Assembly (NCBI GenBank): GCA_011046175.1
Contig: DSBB01000330.1
Location: 1-27,430, forward strand
Direction: 5' to 3'
DNA: 27,430 bases
Source: Candidatus Hydrogenedentota bacterium
GTDB taxonomy: Bacteria > Hydrogenedentota > Hydrogenedentia > Hydrogenedentales > CAITNO01
The notes under the pieces were generated by a model. It saw nothing but the letters and a program-made list of their open reading frames with translations. It ran no database searches and had not been told where the DNA came from. The position numbers were made by a program, and so were the translations under genes. Below, one piece after another: positions 14,751 to 24,259 of this stretch (positions are counted from its first letter, which is position 1; every line of letters starts with the position of its first letter).

Positions 14751-16052
14751 CTACCCGCGCCGCCAAGGCGCGCGCAGGGGTTTGGCGAGCAGGGCGGTCG
14801 CTTCCGCATCGTCATGGAACTGGTCGGCGACGGGGTCCCAGCGGAGTTTGCGTTTCAGGCGCGCGGCGATTTCGGGGATCAATCCGAGGTTCGACGCCTG
14901 ATGCCCGGATTCCACGGGGGACACCGGGTCGCGTCGCGCCTTCACGGCTTCGATGAAATCGCGGGCGTGATGGTTGCTTTCGTGGAGCCGGTTCTCGCCG
15001 GCGGGCAACTCCAGCTCCAGCAGCGAGGCGGGTTCGGCGCTGATGCTCTTGCGGCTTACATGCACCCAGCCCTCATCGCCCCGGAAACACACGCCCTGCG
15101 GCCACGGGTTGTCCGTATCAGAATAGCGCATCCGCAATCCGTCGGGATAGGTAAACTCCGCGCGCCAGCCGTTGATGTTGTCCGTGAATCCCTTGCTCCT
15201 GTAGTCCGCCTCGCATTCGCACTCGAAGGGCTGCGTGATGAGGCGCGGGCATCCCCATGCGGCGATGTCGAGATGATGCACGCCCCAGTTCACAATGAAC
15301 CCGATGCAGTAGTCGGAGATGAGGTACCAGTCAGGCCATTCGAGCCTGCCCGGGTTGAACGGGCGCATCGGCGCGGGCCCGGTGTATAACTCCCAGTCCA
15401 TCCCCTCCGGCACGGGCTGCGGATCGAGGGAGCCGTCGTATTTGGGCTTGAAGCTCGGGCCTGGCGCCGCCACTTCGATGGTATGCACGTTGCCGATATA
15501 ACCGCCCAGCGCCAGTTCGCAGGCGTGTCGGAAATTCCGGGTCGAGCGCTGCTGCGTGCCGGTCTGGAAGATGATGTTGTTGCGCCGCACCGCGTCGCGG
15601 ATGGCCTGGCCGTCGCGCACACACAGCCCCAGCGGCTTCTCGCAATACATGTCTTTGCCGGCGTTGGCCGCCATAGTCGCCATCACGCCGTGCCAGTGGT
15701 CGGGCGCGGTGATGAGCACGGCGGCGATGTCGTCCCGCGCCAACACGTCCCGGAAATCGTTGCAGTGAGCGCATTCGTTGCGCTCATAGTAGTTATTGAC
15801 GAGTTTCGCGGCCTGTTCGCGTCTAGCACGTTGCGGGTCGCATACCAGCGCCACTTCCACCCCTTTGTCGGGAACGAACCCCTCCATCATCACCTGCGCG
15901 CCCCGGGAACCCGTCCCGATGACGCCCATGCGGATGCGTTCATTTGCGCCGCGCGCGCGCGCGGGCAGCAACAGGGGCGCCGCCAGTCCCGCGCCCGCCG
16001 CCTTGACAAACGCGCGCCTGCTTATTCCTGCGCGGTTTTTTTGCGGTTGCAT
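14751..16052 (-). CDS. Tat-exported Gfo/Idh/MocA-family oxidoreductase
   Basis: SRRAFVK Tat motif, GVIGTGSRG, TAPDHWH, DMYCEKP, QTGTQQRS, WGVHHLD. Confidence 0.9.
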   Translation of the reverse strand: MQPQKNRAGISRRAFVKAAGAGLAAPLLLPARARGANERIRMGVIGTGSRGAQVMMEGFVPDKGVEVALVCDPQRARREQAAKLVNNYYERNECAHCNDFRDVLARDDIAAVLITAPDHWHGVMATMAANAGKDMYCEKPLGLCVRDGQAIRDAVRRNNIIFQTGTQQRSTRNFRHACELALGGYIGNVHTIEVAAPGPSFKPKYDGSLDPQPVPEGMDWELYTGPAPMRPFNPGRLEWPDWYLISDYCIGFIVNWGVHHLDIAAWGCPRLITQPFECECEADYRSKGFTDNINGWRAEFTYPDGLRMRYSDTDNPWPQGVCFRGDEGWVHVSRKSISAEPASLLELELPAGENRLHESNHHARDFIEAVKARRDPVSPVESGHQASNLGLIPEIAARLKRKLRWDPVADQFHDDAEATALLAKPLRAPWRRG

Positions 16053-16067
16053 ACCGGATTCCTTTCC

Positions 16068-17567
16068 TTATTCCCACAATCGGGCAATGATGTCAAGCGT
16101 GCGCGCCACCAGCGCGTCGCCGCCTTCGGGTCCCACCCGGTTGTCGGTGATGCGCGAACCGTACGCGCCGCCCGCCACCGCGCGGCGCGTGGGCAGGTAG
16201 CGGCCCCGGTCGTTGGTCAGTTGCGACAAGAACGTTTGCGCGGCATTGCTGCGCGCTTTAATCTGCAACCCGTATTCCAGATACAGTTCAAAGGGGTTGG
16301 TGGCAATGGCGACATCACCGAGACGCATCACATGCAAGTCCATGGTATAGACCGACTCCGCATCCTGCTTTTCATAACATTCCACCACGTTGCGCGCGCG
16401 GCGCACCATGGCCGCGTCCCGAGAGCCCGGCTGCACATCGCCTGAAGCAAGCAACTTTTCCAGTTCCTTCCGCGCTTCCGTGTACTCCTCATCCGTCACC
16501 TGGCGCACGGGCAAGTCAAGGGATTCAACATGATGCCGAAAGACGGGGTCGGCGTTCCGCGCGGTCTGCGCCGTCTCCAGGGCGTACGCCACGCCGTTGA
16601 CGATGCGACGCGCCATCTCGCGCATACCCGGTTCCGAACGCATGTCCGGTTCGCCGCGCCCGCGCCGTATCAGATCACGGGGCGACTGATCGCCCGCCGC
16701 GCCGGTCATGGGATAGACGGATACCTGCTCGCCGTAGCGCGCTTTCAGTTCCTCACGCACCGGCCCCCAAAAATCCGAGCACACATACAATTGTCCTTCG
16801 ACCACCTGCGAAGGACAGGCGATGTTGATTGCGATACCGCTCAATTGTTCCGCGGCATCCCACAGAAACAGCAATTCAAGTCCGTGGTCATGGCCGCCCT
16901 CAAGTCCGACGAAGTCCGGCCTGTCCGACTTGCCGTACATCTGCGAGGAGCCGTCTGCATAGACGGCAATCCGGCAAAAGCCGACGGCGGCATGCCCCAC
17001 TGCGCGGCTGAGGGTTGCGGGATGCTTGTTTGCCCACCCCTGTATCGCCGCCTCGGCTACCCGCTCACAGAAAAAGGGGACGTACTCCCGCGGTCCCATC
17101 ACCCCCGGATCAGGGTCTTTATACACGCCCTTCGCCAGTGTGGGGCCGGTATGCGTGTGTGTGGCGTTGATGAACAGTTTGCGCGTGTCGAAATCCGGCA
17201 ACTGCGCCGCCACCGACGCGCGTATCGCCTCGGTCTCCTCGCGTCCCACGTTCACCACATCGCAGGCAATCATGATGGCCTGTTCCTTTCCGCCCGACGC
17301 ATCTTTGCCTTCCAGCGCCAGCGCCGTGGCGAGACACGGGTAGAGTACGCTGTTGGACACCCGTTCATGGAACTGTCCCGCCAGCTGCACCGGCCTGTCC
17401 GGCGTGATGCTCACAGTCGCCCAGCCCGCCTGAAAGACGCCGTCTGCGGCGGCGCCCGTTGGTTGTGAGGCGATAATCGAAGAGGCGGCGGCCATGCCGC
17501 CCGCGGCAAGCGCCGCATGTTGGCTTGATTGGCGCAGGAAATCGCGGCGGGTCAATTTTGTACTCAT
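16068..17567 (-). CDS. Tat-exported neutral/alkaline ceramidase-like hydrolase
   Basis: ATG 17567 with AAGGA RBS; TRRDFLR; FQAGWATVSITP, CLATALAL, INATHTHTGP, GAAGDQSP, NPFELY..YG..IK.RS. Confidence 0.72.
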   Translation of the reverse strand: MSTKLTRRDFLRQSSQHAALAAGGMAAASSIIASQPTGAAADGVFQAGWATVSITPDRPVQLAGQFHERVSNSVLYPCLATALALEGKDASGGKEQAIMIACDVVNVGREETEAIRASVAAQLPDFDTRKLFINATHTHTGPTLAKGVYKDPDPGVMGPREYVPFFCERVAEAAIQGWANKHPATLSRAVGHAAVGFCRIAVYADGSSQMYGKSDRPDFVGLEGGHDHGLELLFLWDAAEQLSGIAINIACPSQVVEGQLYVCSDFWGPVREELKARYGEQVSVYPMTGAAGDQSPRDLIRRGRGEPDMRSEPGMREMARRIVNGVAYALETAQTARNADPVFRHHVESLDLPVRQVTDEEYTEARKELEKLLASGDVQPGSRDAAMVRRARNVVECYEKQDAESVYTMDLHVMRLGDVAIATNPFELYLEYGLQIKARSNAAQTFLSQLTNDRGRYLPTRRAVAGGAYGSRITDNRVGPEGGDALVARTLDIIARLWE

Positions 17568-17614
17568 GATGATGTTCCTTCTTGCATAGGTATGTGGCAT
17601 AGGCGTCCGATGTC

Positions 17615-17644
17615 ATAGTACCCCTGAAATGCGCGTCATGTCAA
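17615..17644 (-). promoter_or_regulatory. Sigma70-type promoter for the ceramidase-like/oxidoreductase pair
   Basis: Minus strand TTGACA-18 nt-TACTAT. Confidence 0.6.
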
Positions 17645-17844
17645 TGGAAAGGCCTACTTTTTCATACACGGATTTCACTAACAATCGTTTAAGAACGCTC
17701 CGGTTGTCGCGGCGTTTCATGGAAAAGCGGAAAAGCCCCGGTTATCTGAGACGGCGGAATTGGTGTTAGAATAACCGTCGTCGCGGATGTTCAGTAGTGT
17801 TCCTGCTCGGGCAGAAATATGACGTAACCAAGAGGCTTGCAACG

Positions 17845-18975
17845 ATGATGCGTTTTTTATGTAATACGATGACGGCGATTTGGTGTTGTTTCGCGTTGTG
17901 CCTGACGGGGTGCAGCGCCGCGCGTTCCCGACATGATCCGGAACAATTGCGGATGACGCCTCGCCCGGCGCACAGTTTGGCCATGCACCAGACAGACATG
18001 ATTGTCGCGGTGTCGCCTGTGCGCCAGACCATGCAGATAGGCGGCAGCATTCCCACGCTGCTGGGCGCAGGCATCAGCGCCGTGCAGGACAGCCGACACG
18101 GTAAAGCGGTGCGCGCCGCTTTGGGCGGTTATGATCCGCACGCCGTTTTTGAGGAGCGGTTGGAGCGGCGCATTGCCGGGCAATTCAGCCGGGGTAGTGA
18201 GCGGGTCGCCCCCCCGGGAACGTCCGCCGGTTTTGCCAACGAGCGCGAAGCGCGTCGGGCGCGTCTGGAAGGCTTGCGGCGCGCAGGGTATACGACGGCG
18301 CTTGATCTTGAATTGAGTTTTGGCATTTACGGCCCTCAAGGGATTCTGGCGTTGAAGGTTGCGGGTGAACTTTTTGACATCCAGACGGGGCGCCTTCTGT
18401 GGCGCGATGAGGTTGCGTGGTATTCCGTTGATTTGTTTGCCGATATGCGCTGGCGCGATCCGATGCAACGCATGACGCCGAACATTACCGCGCCCCGTCT
18501 GTCAGTGGCGGATGACGCCGTGGGACAGTGGACGCGCGACAATGCCGCGCCGCTGCGCGCCGCCTTTGAACAGGCGACTGATGATATTGCGTCCGCCGTG
18601 GTCGCCGCTCTTGGCTTGGATGAAACGCCGGAAGGCTTGTACACGCTGGGCGCGCATCTGCTGTTGAACCGAAAATATGCGGCGGCCGCTGAAAAATTCA
18701 CGCGCGCCCTTGAACTTGCGCCGGGCATGACTGAAGCGGTAAACGGGCTGGCTGTCGCGCTCGCGAAAAAAGGACAGGTGGACGCGGCCATCGCGTTGAA
18801 TAAAGAGTTGGCGGAAGTCCAGCCGGATTTTATGCCGGGCCAGTACAATCTCGCATGGTGGCACGCCATGGAAAAGAAAAATCCGGAACAGGCGCGGCCG
18901 TATTATGAAAAAGCCGTGGCGCTGGGTGTTGCGCCAAACCGCCGCTTGGAACGCGCCATGAAGGAGAGACGCTGA
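17845..18975 (+). CDS. Putative lipoprotein with C-terminal TPR repeats
   Basis: AGAGG upstream of ATG 17845; LTGC lipobox; TPR-like helices (LGAHLLLNRKYAAAAEKFTRALEL, NGLAVALAKKGQVDAA, YNLAWW...ARPYYEKA). Confidence 0.7.
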   Translation: MMRFLCNTMTAIWCCFALCLTGCSAARSRHDPEQLRMTPRPAHSLAMHQTDMIVAVSPVRQTMQIGGSIPTLLGAGISAVQDSRHGKAVRAALGGYDPHAVFEERLERRIAGQFSRGSERVAPPGTSAGFANEREARRARLEGLRRAGYTTALDLELSFGIYGPQGILALKVAGELFDIQTGRLLWRDEVAWYSVDLFADMRWRDPMQRMTPNITAPRLSVADDAVGQWTRDNAAPLRAAFEQATDDIASAVVAALGLDETPEGLYTLGAHLLLNRKYAAAAEKFTRALELAPGMTEAVNGLAVALAKKGQVDAAIALNKELAEVQPDFMPGQYNLAWWHAMEKKNPEQARPYYEKAVALGVAPNRRLERAMKERR

Positions 18976-19025
18976 CGCGCCGCGCCATCACACAGCCCCG
19001 CAATAATGCCGTCTGCGGCGGCAGT

Positions 19026-19054
19026 TTGACGACAAACGCAGCCTCTGCCATAAT
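19026..19054 (+). promoter_or_regulatory. Promoter for the methyltransferase
   Basis: TTGACG-17 nt-CATAAT, with TG at the extended -10 position. Confidence 0.65.
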
Positions 19055-19093
19055 AGTAAAAGAAGATACAACTAACCGGAAATATCATATTTT

Positions 19094-19987
19094 ATGTTTC
19101 AGCAATGCCCTCAAAAGATTGCGGAGCGTTTCGGCGTTTCAGAGCGCATCGTTGTTTTTCCCGGCGATTGTCTTCAATTACTCGAAACGATACCCGACGA
19201 TTCCATGCAGCTTGTCGTGACTTCGCCGCCCTACAATATCGGCAAAGAATATGAGCGCCGCCTGAAATTGGACGCTTATGTAGAGCAGCAGGCGCAGGTC
19301 ATCCGGGAATGCGTTCGTTGTCTTTCGCCTCAAGGCAGCATTTGCTGGCAGGTGGGCAATTATGTGAAGGATGGAGCGATAATCCCGCTTGACGCCTTGT
19401 TATACCCAGTTTTTCACGAACTGGGTCTGCAAATGCGCAACAGGATAATATGGCGCTTTGAGCACGGATTACATTGCAGCAAGCGGTTTTCCGGTCGCTA
19501 TGAAACCATTATGTGGTTTTCCAAATCCGAGAAATATAAATTCAATCTTGATCCTGTGCGCGTGCCGCAAAAGTACCCGGGTAAAAAATACTTCAAAGGG
19601 CCTAAAATCGGGCAATATTCCTGCAATCCTCTTGGCAAGAATCCCGGGGACCTGTGGACGTTTCCCAACGTAAAAAGCAACCACGTGGAAAAGACAACGC
19701 ATCCCTGCCAATTTCCCGTGGAACTTGTGGAGCGACTTGTTCTTTCCATGACCGATGAGGATGAATGGGTGCTGGACCCCTTCTTGGGCGTTGGGACATC
19801 CATCATCGCTGCCATCCGACACAACCGTCGCGGCGCAGGCGCGGAAATTGTTCCAGAGTATGTCGCATTGGCGAGAGAACGAATTGAGCAGGAATTAGGC
19901 GGCACACTCAAAACCCGTCCCATGGACAGGCCGGTGTATGATCCGGCGGAAGCACGGGGAAAGTGCTCTATAGCCCAAAGGACATAA
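19094..19987 (+). CDS. Beta-class DNA methyltransferase, probably N4-cytosine, M.BstYI-like
   Basis: Catalytic TSPPY comes before the SAM-binding DPFLGVGTS (beta order); HPCQFP; followed by a BstYI-like endonuclease relic. Confidence 0.88.
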   Translation: MFQQCPQKIAERFGVSERIVVFPGDCLQLLETIPDDSMQLVVTSPPYNIGKEYERRLKLDAYVEQQAQVIRECVRCLSPQGSICWQVGNYVKDGAIIPLDALLYPVFHELGLQMRNRIIWRFEHGLHCSKRFSGRYETIMWFSKSEKYKFNLDPVRVPQKYPGKKYFKGPKIGQYSCNPLGKNPGDLWTFPNVKSNHVEKTTHPCQFPVELVERLVLSMTDEDEWVLDPFLGVGTSIIAAIRHNRRGAGAEIVPEYVALARERIEQELGGTLKTRPMDRPVYDPAEARGKCSIAQRT

Positions 19988-20142
19988 ATGAGACATTCAA
20001 AAACGGGTTAAGGGAAAATGGTTGGGCGGAAAACCGCGTGAGCTACTGGGTAACAAAAGAAGAGCGGCTTATCCGAAAAACAATTGCGATGCCCCCTGAT
20101 GAACAGAAGAAAGAAATCATTGCCGCAGGCGCCGGCTGGTGA
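19957..20142 (+). pseudogene. Internal fragment of a BstYI/BglII-family type II restriction endonuclease
   Basis: Manual translation from 19957: GKVLYSPKDINETFKNGLRENGWAENRVSYWVTKEERLIRKTIAMPPDEQKKEIIAAG-AGW*. This resembles the central region of BstYI as recalled (LYSP..N..FK......GW...R..Y.VT....LIR.T....P.EQKK.I.AAG). No start codon and no catalytic half. Confidence 0.78.
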
Positions 20143-20152
20143 AATGCGCGCG

Positions 20153-22399
20153 CTATTCCTCCTCCACGCCGGTCAGAAAATACAAATCGCCGTCCAGCAG
20201 CGCATAGACTGTTTTGCCGTCGTCAGAAACACAGGCATTTATTCTGTTCGCGTCTTTGAAACTGTAACGCCGTATGAGTTCGCCTGTGTTCACATTCCAG
20301 AGCGACCCGTCGCAAAAGCCGTTTTCATTGTACGCAATGGCGTAATTACCGTTGCGGCTCGGCGCGATTATGTTATTAATGGAACCGTATGAAGAACGTT
20401 TCTCCGGCAATTTCGGGTTGATGGTGCGTAAAAGACTTCCCGTGCGGGTGTTCCAGACGCGCAGAAGTTGACCCTCCGCAACGGTCACCAAACACCGGCC
20501 GTCGTCGCAAAATGCGCCCTCAAGTAACGGCAGGTAATGGAATCTATCGGTGAACGTTGACGCCAAATCTCGCGCAGCGTATTCCATCCACGTCAGGAAG
20601 TCCTGGTCTTTCTCTGCTTGACGATGTCGCGGCGCAAATTTCTGCCGTTCCTTCAAGGTATGAAGGCAGTCCCCGGTTTCCGCGTCAAAAAGCGTGGCTT
20701 GCCCCCGGGCGGCGGCGAGCAGCAATGCGCCGTCCGGGGAAAAACACAGCGAACCGAACCATGCGCCCCGCGGTTCCGCGTTGCATTGGACAAGTCGGTT
20801 GTCCGCCGCAAGATGCACGATGGTCAATGCCGGCCTGTTGTTGACGGCCACCCGTGTCCCGTCGCGGGAAAAGGCCGCGGGGGAATAAAACGAATCGGCG
20901 GGCAAAGACACGAGGACGCTGCCGGAATCCACATCCACAACCGTGACGGTTTTGTCGGCCCGCTCATATAGCGCGCGCCATTCCCCGGGTTTCATGTCTT
21001 TGGTGGAGACTGGGCTTACAGGCTGCACTACGACGGCGCGCCCGTCGGGAGAAAATGCGCGTCCCTCAAGCGGCATGGCAAGGAGCGCCTGCTGTTGCGT
21101 TGCGCAATATATCAGCGCCTGGTTTCTTGCCGTTTCGCTTTCAGATGGGCCATGATAGCGGTTTATCATGACTCTGGTCGCGTCATTATTGAGAAGGGCC
21201 TGCCCGGAACAACTTTCCATGTTGTACTCCGCAACAGTCTCCCGGGTGTCCAGATGCATGACCCGCCACGGACTCTTAAGGTCGCTATTGCAGGAGAGAA
21301 GATACGGCGGCATTAGATGCTTTACGCTGCCGGGCAGAAAACTGTCGCCTGTCAGGATTTTTCGGGGCCGCGCATTTTTCTCAAACGGCCACAGCCAGAT
21401 GTTGCCGTCCAAGTCCCGCGAAAGCAACCATGCCTGCCCGAGATCGTCTTCGTAAAACGTAGGTTCAAAAACGTGCCCTTCGAGATGCAGTGTTACGACG
21501 GTCTCACCGGTATGCGCGTCAACCCCCCGCGCGGTTTTTCTTTCAAAATCCATAACGACGAACCGGCTGGTTTTGTCCATATAACCGAGACATAGTGTTG
21601 ATGAATCATAATCCGCTTCCAAAATCAGATCGCCGGTATGCGCGTCGCGAAGTTGGTGTTTCCGTGTTGGTTCTTTTTCGTCGCCGTATAACGCCACCAA
21701 AAGCATCTCTCCGGATGAGGTGGTTTTTCTCAAAATGAGTTGCCCTTCCGATTCAATGGTGAATATGGGCGTGTTGTTCCCGATTCCGGGAACGCCGTGG
21801 TAAAAACGGTATCTTTGAATCTGGTTTTCGTCTTGCGGCGATGCTGGATTGTCCTCCTCCTTGTATGCCACATACACGTCGGCACGGTCTGGCGATGACA
21901 CCACGCCCGTATAATTGTCGCTCTTTGGGAGTATATATCCCTGAGACTGTCCCGGAGGATAGAGAACGGTCTTGTTTTGGAAACGACACATAATCCAGTC
22001 GGTGCAACCGACAAAACAGGCGTATTCCAACCCGCCTGCATTGCGTTCTCGCAGTACAACCACCTCGCGCCCGGTCAGCTTGTCCAGCACCACGACCTCC
22101 TGTGAAGAATAAACGAGGCAAAGGCGCTTCCCGGTTTTTGTCTGCCAACGTTCCCCTTTTTTGTACAAAGGCCATTCCCACCGCCGGCGCCCCGTACTCA
22201 ATTCAAACATGCGGAAATAGGTGTACGTCTCAAAAGAAAGCGTATCCAAATCCACATCCGCATTGATGTTTATGGGTCGCCCCATGAGTACGTCCGGGCG
22301 GCGCCGCGAAACATCAGGGGTTGCGCCGCAGATGACACAAAGGAAAACAACAACCGCGCATACGCCGGCCCTGCCCCGGGGCTTCGGCGTACTCTTCAT
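20153..22399 (-). CDS. Secreted beta-propeller (WD40/PQQ-like) repeat protein
   Basis: AGGAGG RBS at ATG 22399; hydrophobic N-terminus; repeated AFSPDG/AFSRDG/CFSPDG blades and LRVWNTRTG, SLWNVNTG. Confidence 0.68.
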   Translation of the reverse strand: MKSTPKPRGRAGVCAVVVFLCVICGATPDVSRRRPDVLMGRPININADVDLDTLSFETYTYFRMFELSTGRRRWEWPLYKKGERWQTKTGKRLCLVYSSQEVVVLDKLTGREVVVLRERNAGGLEYACFVGCTDWIMCRFQNKTVLYPPGQSQGYILPKSDNYTGVVSSPDRADVYVAYKEEDNPASPQDENQIQRYRFYHGVPGIGNNTPIFTIESEGQLILRKTTSSGEMLLVALYGDEKEPTRKHQLRDAHTGDLILEADYDSSTLCLGYMDKTSRFVVMDFERKTARGVDAHTGETVVTLHLEGHVFEPTFYEDDLGQAWLLSRDLDGNIWLWPFEKNARPRKILTGDSFLPGSVKHLMPPYLLSCNSDLKSPWRVMHLDTRETVAEYNMESCSGQALLNNDATRVMINRYHGPSESETARNQALIYCATQQQALLAMPLEGRAFSPDGRAVVVQPVSPVSTKDMKPGEWRALYERADKTVTVVDVDSGSVLVSLPADSFYSPAAFSRDGTRVAVNNRPALTIVHLAADNRLVQCNAEPRGAWFGSLCFSPDGALLLAAARGQATLFDAETGDCLHTLKERQKFAPRHRQAEKDQDFLTWMEYAARDLASTFTDRFHYLPLLEGAFCDDGRCLVTVAEGQLLRVWNTRTGSLLRTINPKLPEKRSSYGSINNIIAPSRNGNYAIAYNENGFCDGSLWNVNTGELIRRYSFKDANRINACVSDDGKTVYALLDGDLYFLTGVEEE

Positions 22400-22460
22400 G
22401 AGACATTCCTCCTGTGTCAACGGGCGCCGTCTTTGGCGCGACAAATGCCGCGTTCAGGAT

Positions 22461-23495
22461 TCATCGCCGGGAACGGCGTCCCAGTTCCTCCACCCAGATG
22501 TTGCGGAATTGCACATGGTTGCCGTGCGCCTGCAGGCGTATGGGCGCCGGGTCCTTCACGGGCGGTACGGGCGGTTTCTTGCCGTCGTAGGATGTGCCAT
22601 GCGGCATTTCATGGTCCTTCTGCACGGCCACGCCGTTGTGCAGCACGGTCATCCGCGCGTTTTCCAGCAAATTGCCCTTGCGATCAAAACGCGCCGCGCG
22701 GAATTCGATGTCGTAAGTCTGCCACTGAAGCGGGGGCAGGCACATATTCACATAGGGCGCGGAAATCTGATATATTGCGCCGCATTCGTTCCAGTAGCCC
22801 GGCAGCCCGTAACTGTCCAGTATCTGCACTTCATAAGCGTCCTGCAGAAACACGCCGCTGTTACCGCGGCCCTGCCCGCGCTCTTCCGGCAGATAAGGCG
22901 TGCGAAACTCGACATGCAACCGGCAATCACGAAACGTGCGTTGGGTGAAAATGTTGCCCACGTCAGGATTTGCCTGAAGCGTTCCGTTTTCGAGGATGTC
23001 CCACGACTTGCCGAAGGGGAACCGCTGCCATTCATCAAAACCGGAGCCGTCAAACAAAACAACTGCTTTGCGCGGCGGCTTGGCGCCCATGGTGGGCGAC
23101 ACCAGGGTAAAACGCTCCATGCGGAAGGTGCTGTTTTCAGCGTCCCGTTTGCCGCCGAAAAAATAATCGCCGGAAAGATCGCCCCAGAAATACCCGTCGT
23201 CAAAACGCAGGGCGCCTTCCTCAACTTTGGCGATAATGTTCAGTATGGGCGGCGTGCGCACATACAACTTGTGAGTCAGGTTGACTTGATATTCGTTGTT
23301 GCCCAGCGGAAAGACCTGCGCGACAATATCCGGTTTCTTTTCCTCGCCCACAATCCATTTGCCCGCCCAGTCGCCCAAGAAGGGATCGGGCGTCTCTGGA
23401 TATGAAGCGGGGTTTGCGTCATCCGCGCCCGCCATGGTTCTTGTAAATATCATTAAGAATAATAAAGAGATGGTTGTCGTTGTCGAGGTTCTCAT
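22461..23495 (-). CDS. Secreted DUF1080 (3-keto-disaccharide hydrolase family) protein
   Basis: AVVLFDG, RLHVEFRTP, GRGNSGVFLQDAYEVQILDS, QWQTYDIEF, IRLQAHGNHVQFRNIWV; signal peptide from ATG 23495 with AAAGGA RBS. Confidence 0.85.
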   Translation of the reverse strand: MRTSTTTTISLLFLMIFTRTMAGADDANPASYPETPDPFLGDWAGKWIVGEEKKPDIVAQVFPLGNNEYQVNLTHKLYVRTPPILNIIAKVEEGALRFDDGYFWGDLSGDYFFGGKRDAENSTFRMERFTLVSPTMGAKPPRKAVVLFDGSGFDEWQRFPFGKSWDILENGTLQANPDVGNIFTQRTFRDCRLHVEFRTPYLPEERGQGRGNSGVFLQDAYEVQILDSYGLPGYWNECGAIYQISAPYVNMCLPPLQWQTYDIEFRAARFDRKGNLLENARMTVLHNGVAVQKDHEMPHGTSYDGKKPPVPPVKDPAPIRLQAHGNHVQFRNIWVEELGRRSRR

Positions 23496-23728
23496 GAGAA
23501 TTCCTTTTTCAGCTGTGTTTCGTGTGTATTGGCGTCTGTAATAACGCTCCCATGTCTCTATTGTATCCCCTTTTTGCGCGTGGTTCAATCAGACAAAACG
23601 CCCGAATTTTACGGGGCGCATGGTAATCCAGTATACTTGTGTCGTAACTTGACGCTGGAAGCGTGTCTCTTCTAAAAAACAAAACACGATGGCATAGCGC
23701 CCCGGCTTCCCCGGAGGAAGGAAAAAGC

Positions 23729-24166
23729 ATGAGTGACAACACCAACAAGGATGAACAGCAGCCCAACTATGACATTCCGGCAATTATTTCAGAGTATGTG
23801 AGCGACTTATTGCCTGATGATGAGGAATGGGACGAAACAACGGAAGAGGAAATTGAAAACGAGGTTGCCTGGGCGTTTTTTATTTGTGTGACCGCATGGA
23901 ATCACGCGGCATTGCCGGCTGATTGCGCCGCCATCTATCTCGCGCAGGCGGAAGAGGCCTTCTGCAGCGAGAACGGGTTGGACATGTGGAACGAGGCAAA
24001 AAGCGACGTGCTGAATATGGCGGCAAATATGGGCGAGCGTTATCCGACGTCCGATCACATTATTATTGACCATGAGCTGGAGAGCCTTGACGACGGCGCC
24101 ATAGGGCTGGCGATAGACATCATTCCCATTGATGAGGCCATCGTCGCGTTGCGCGAGACAAATTAA
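23729..24166 (+). CDS. Acidic hypothetical protein
   Basis: GGAGG RBS before ATG 23729; 145 aa, D/E-rich; no family recognised. Confidence 0.6.
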   Translation: MSDNTNKDEQQPNYDIPAIISEYVSDLLPDDEEWDETTEEEIENEVAWAFFICVTAWNHAALPADCAAIYLAQAEEAFCSENGLDMWNEAKSDVLNMAANMGERYPTSDHIIIDHELESLDDGAIGLAIDIIPIDEAIVALRETN

Positions 24167-24259
24167 GTCGTTGAGAAATGTTTTGTTGTTCCATTCAACA
24201 TGTAATAATGAAGTTTTGTTTCAGTAAAATCGCATGAATTCGCGTCAGGAGAAGTGTAT

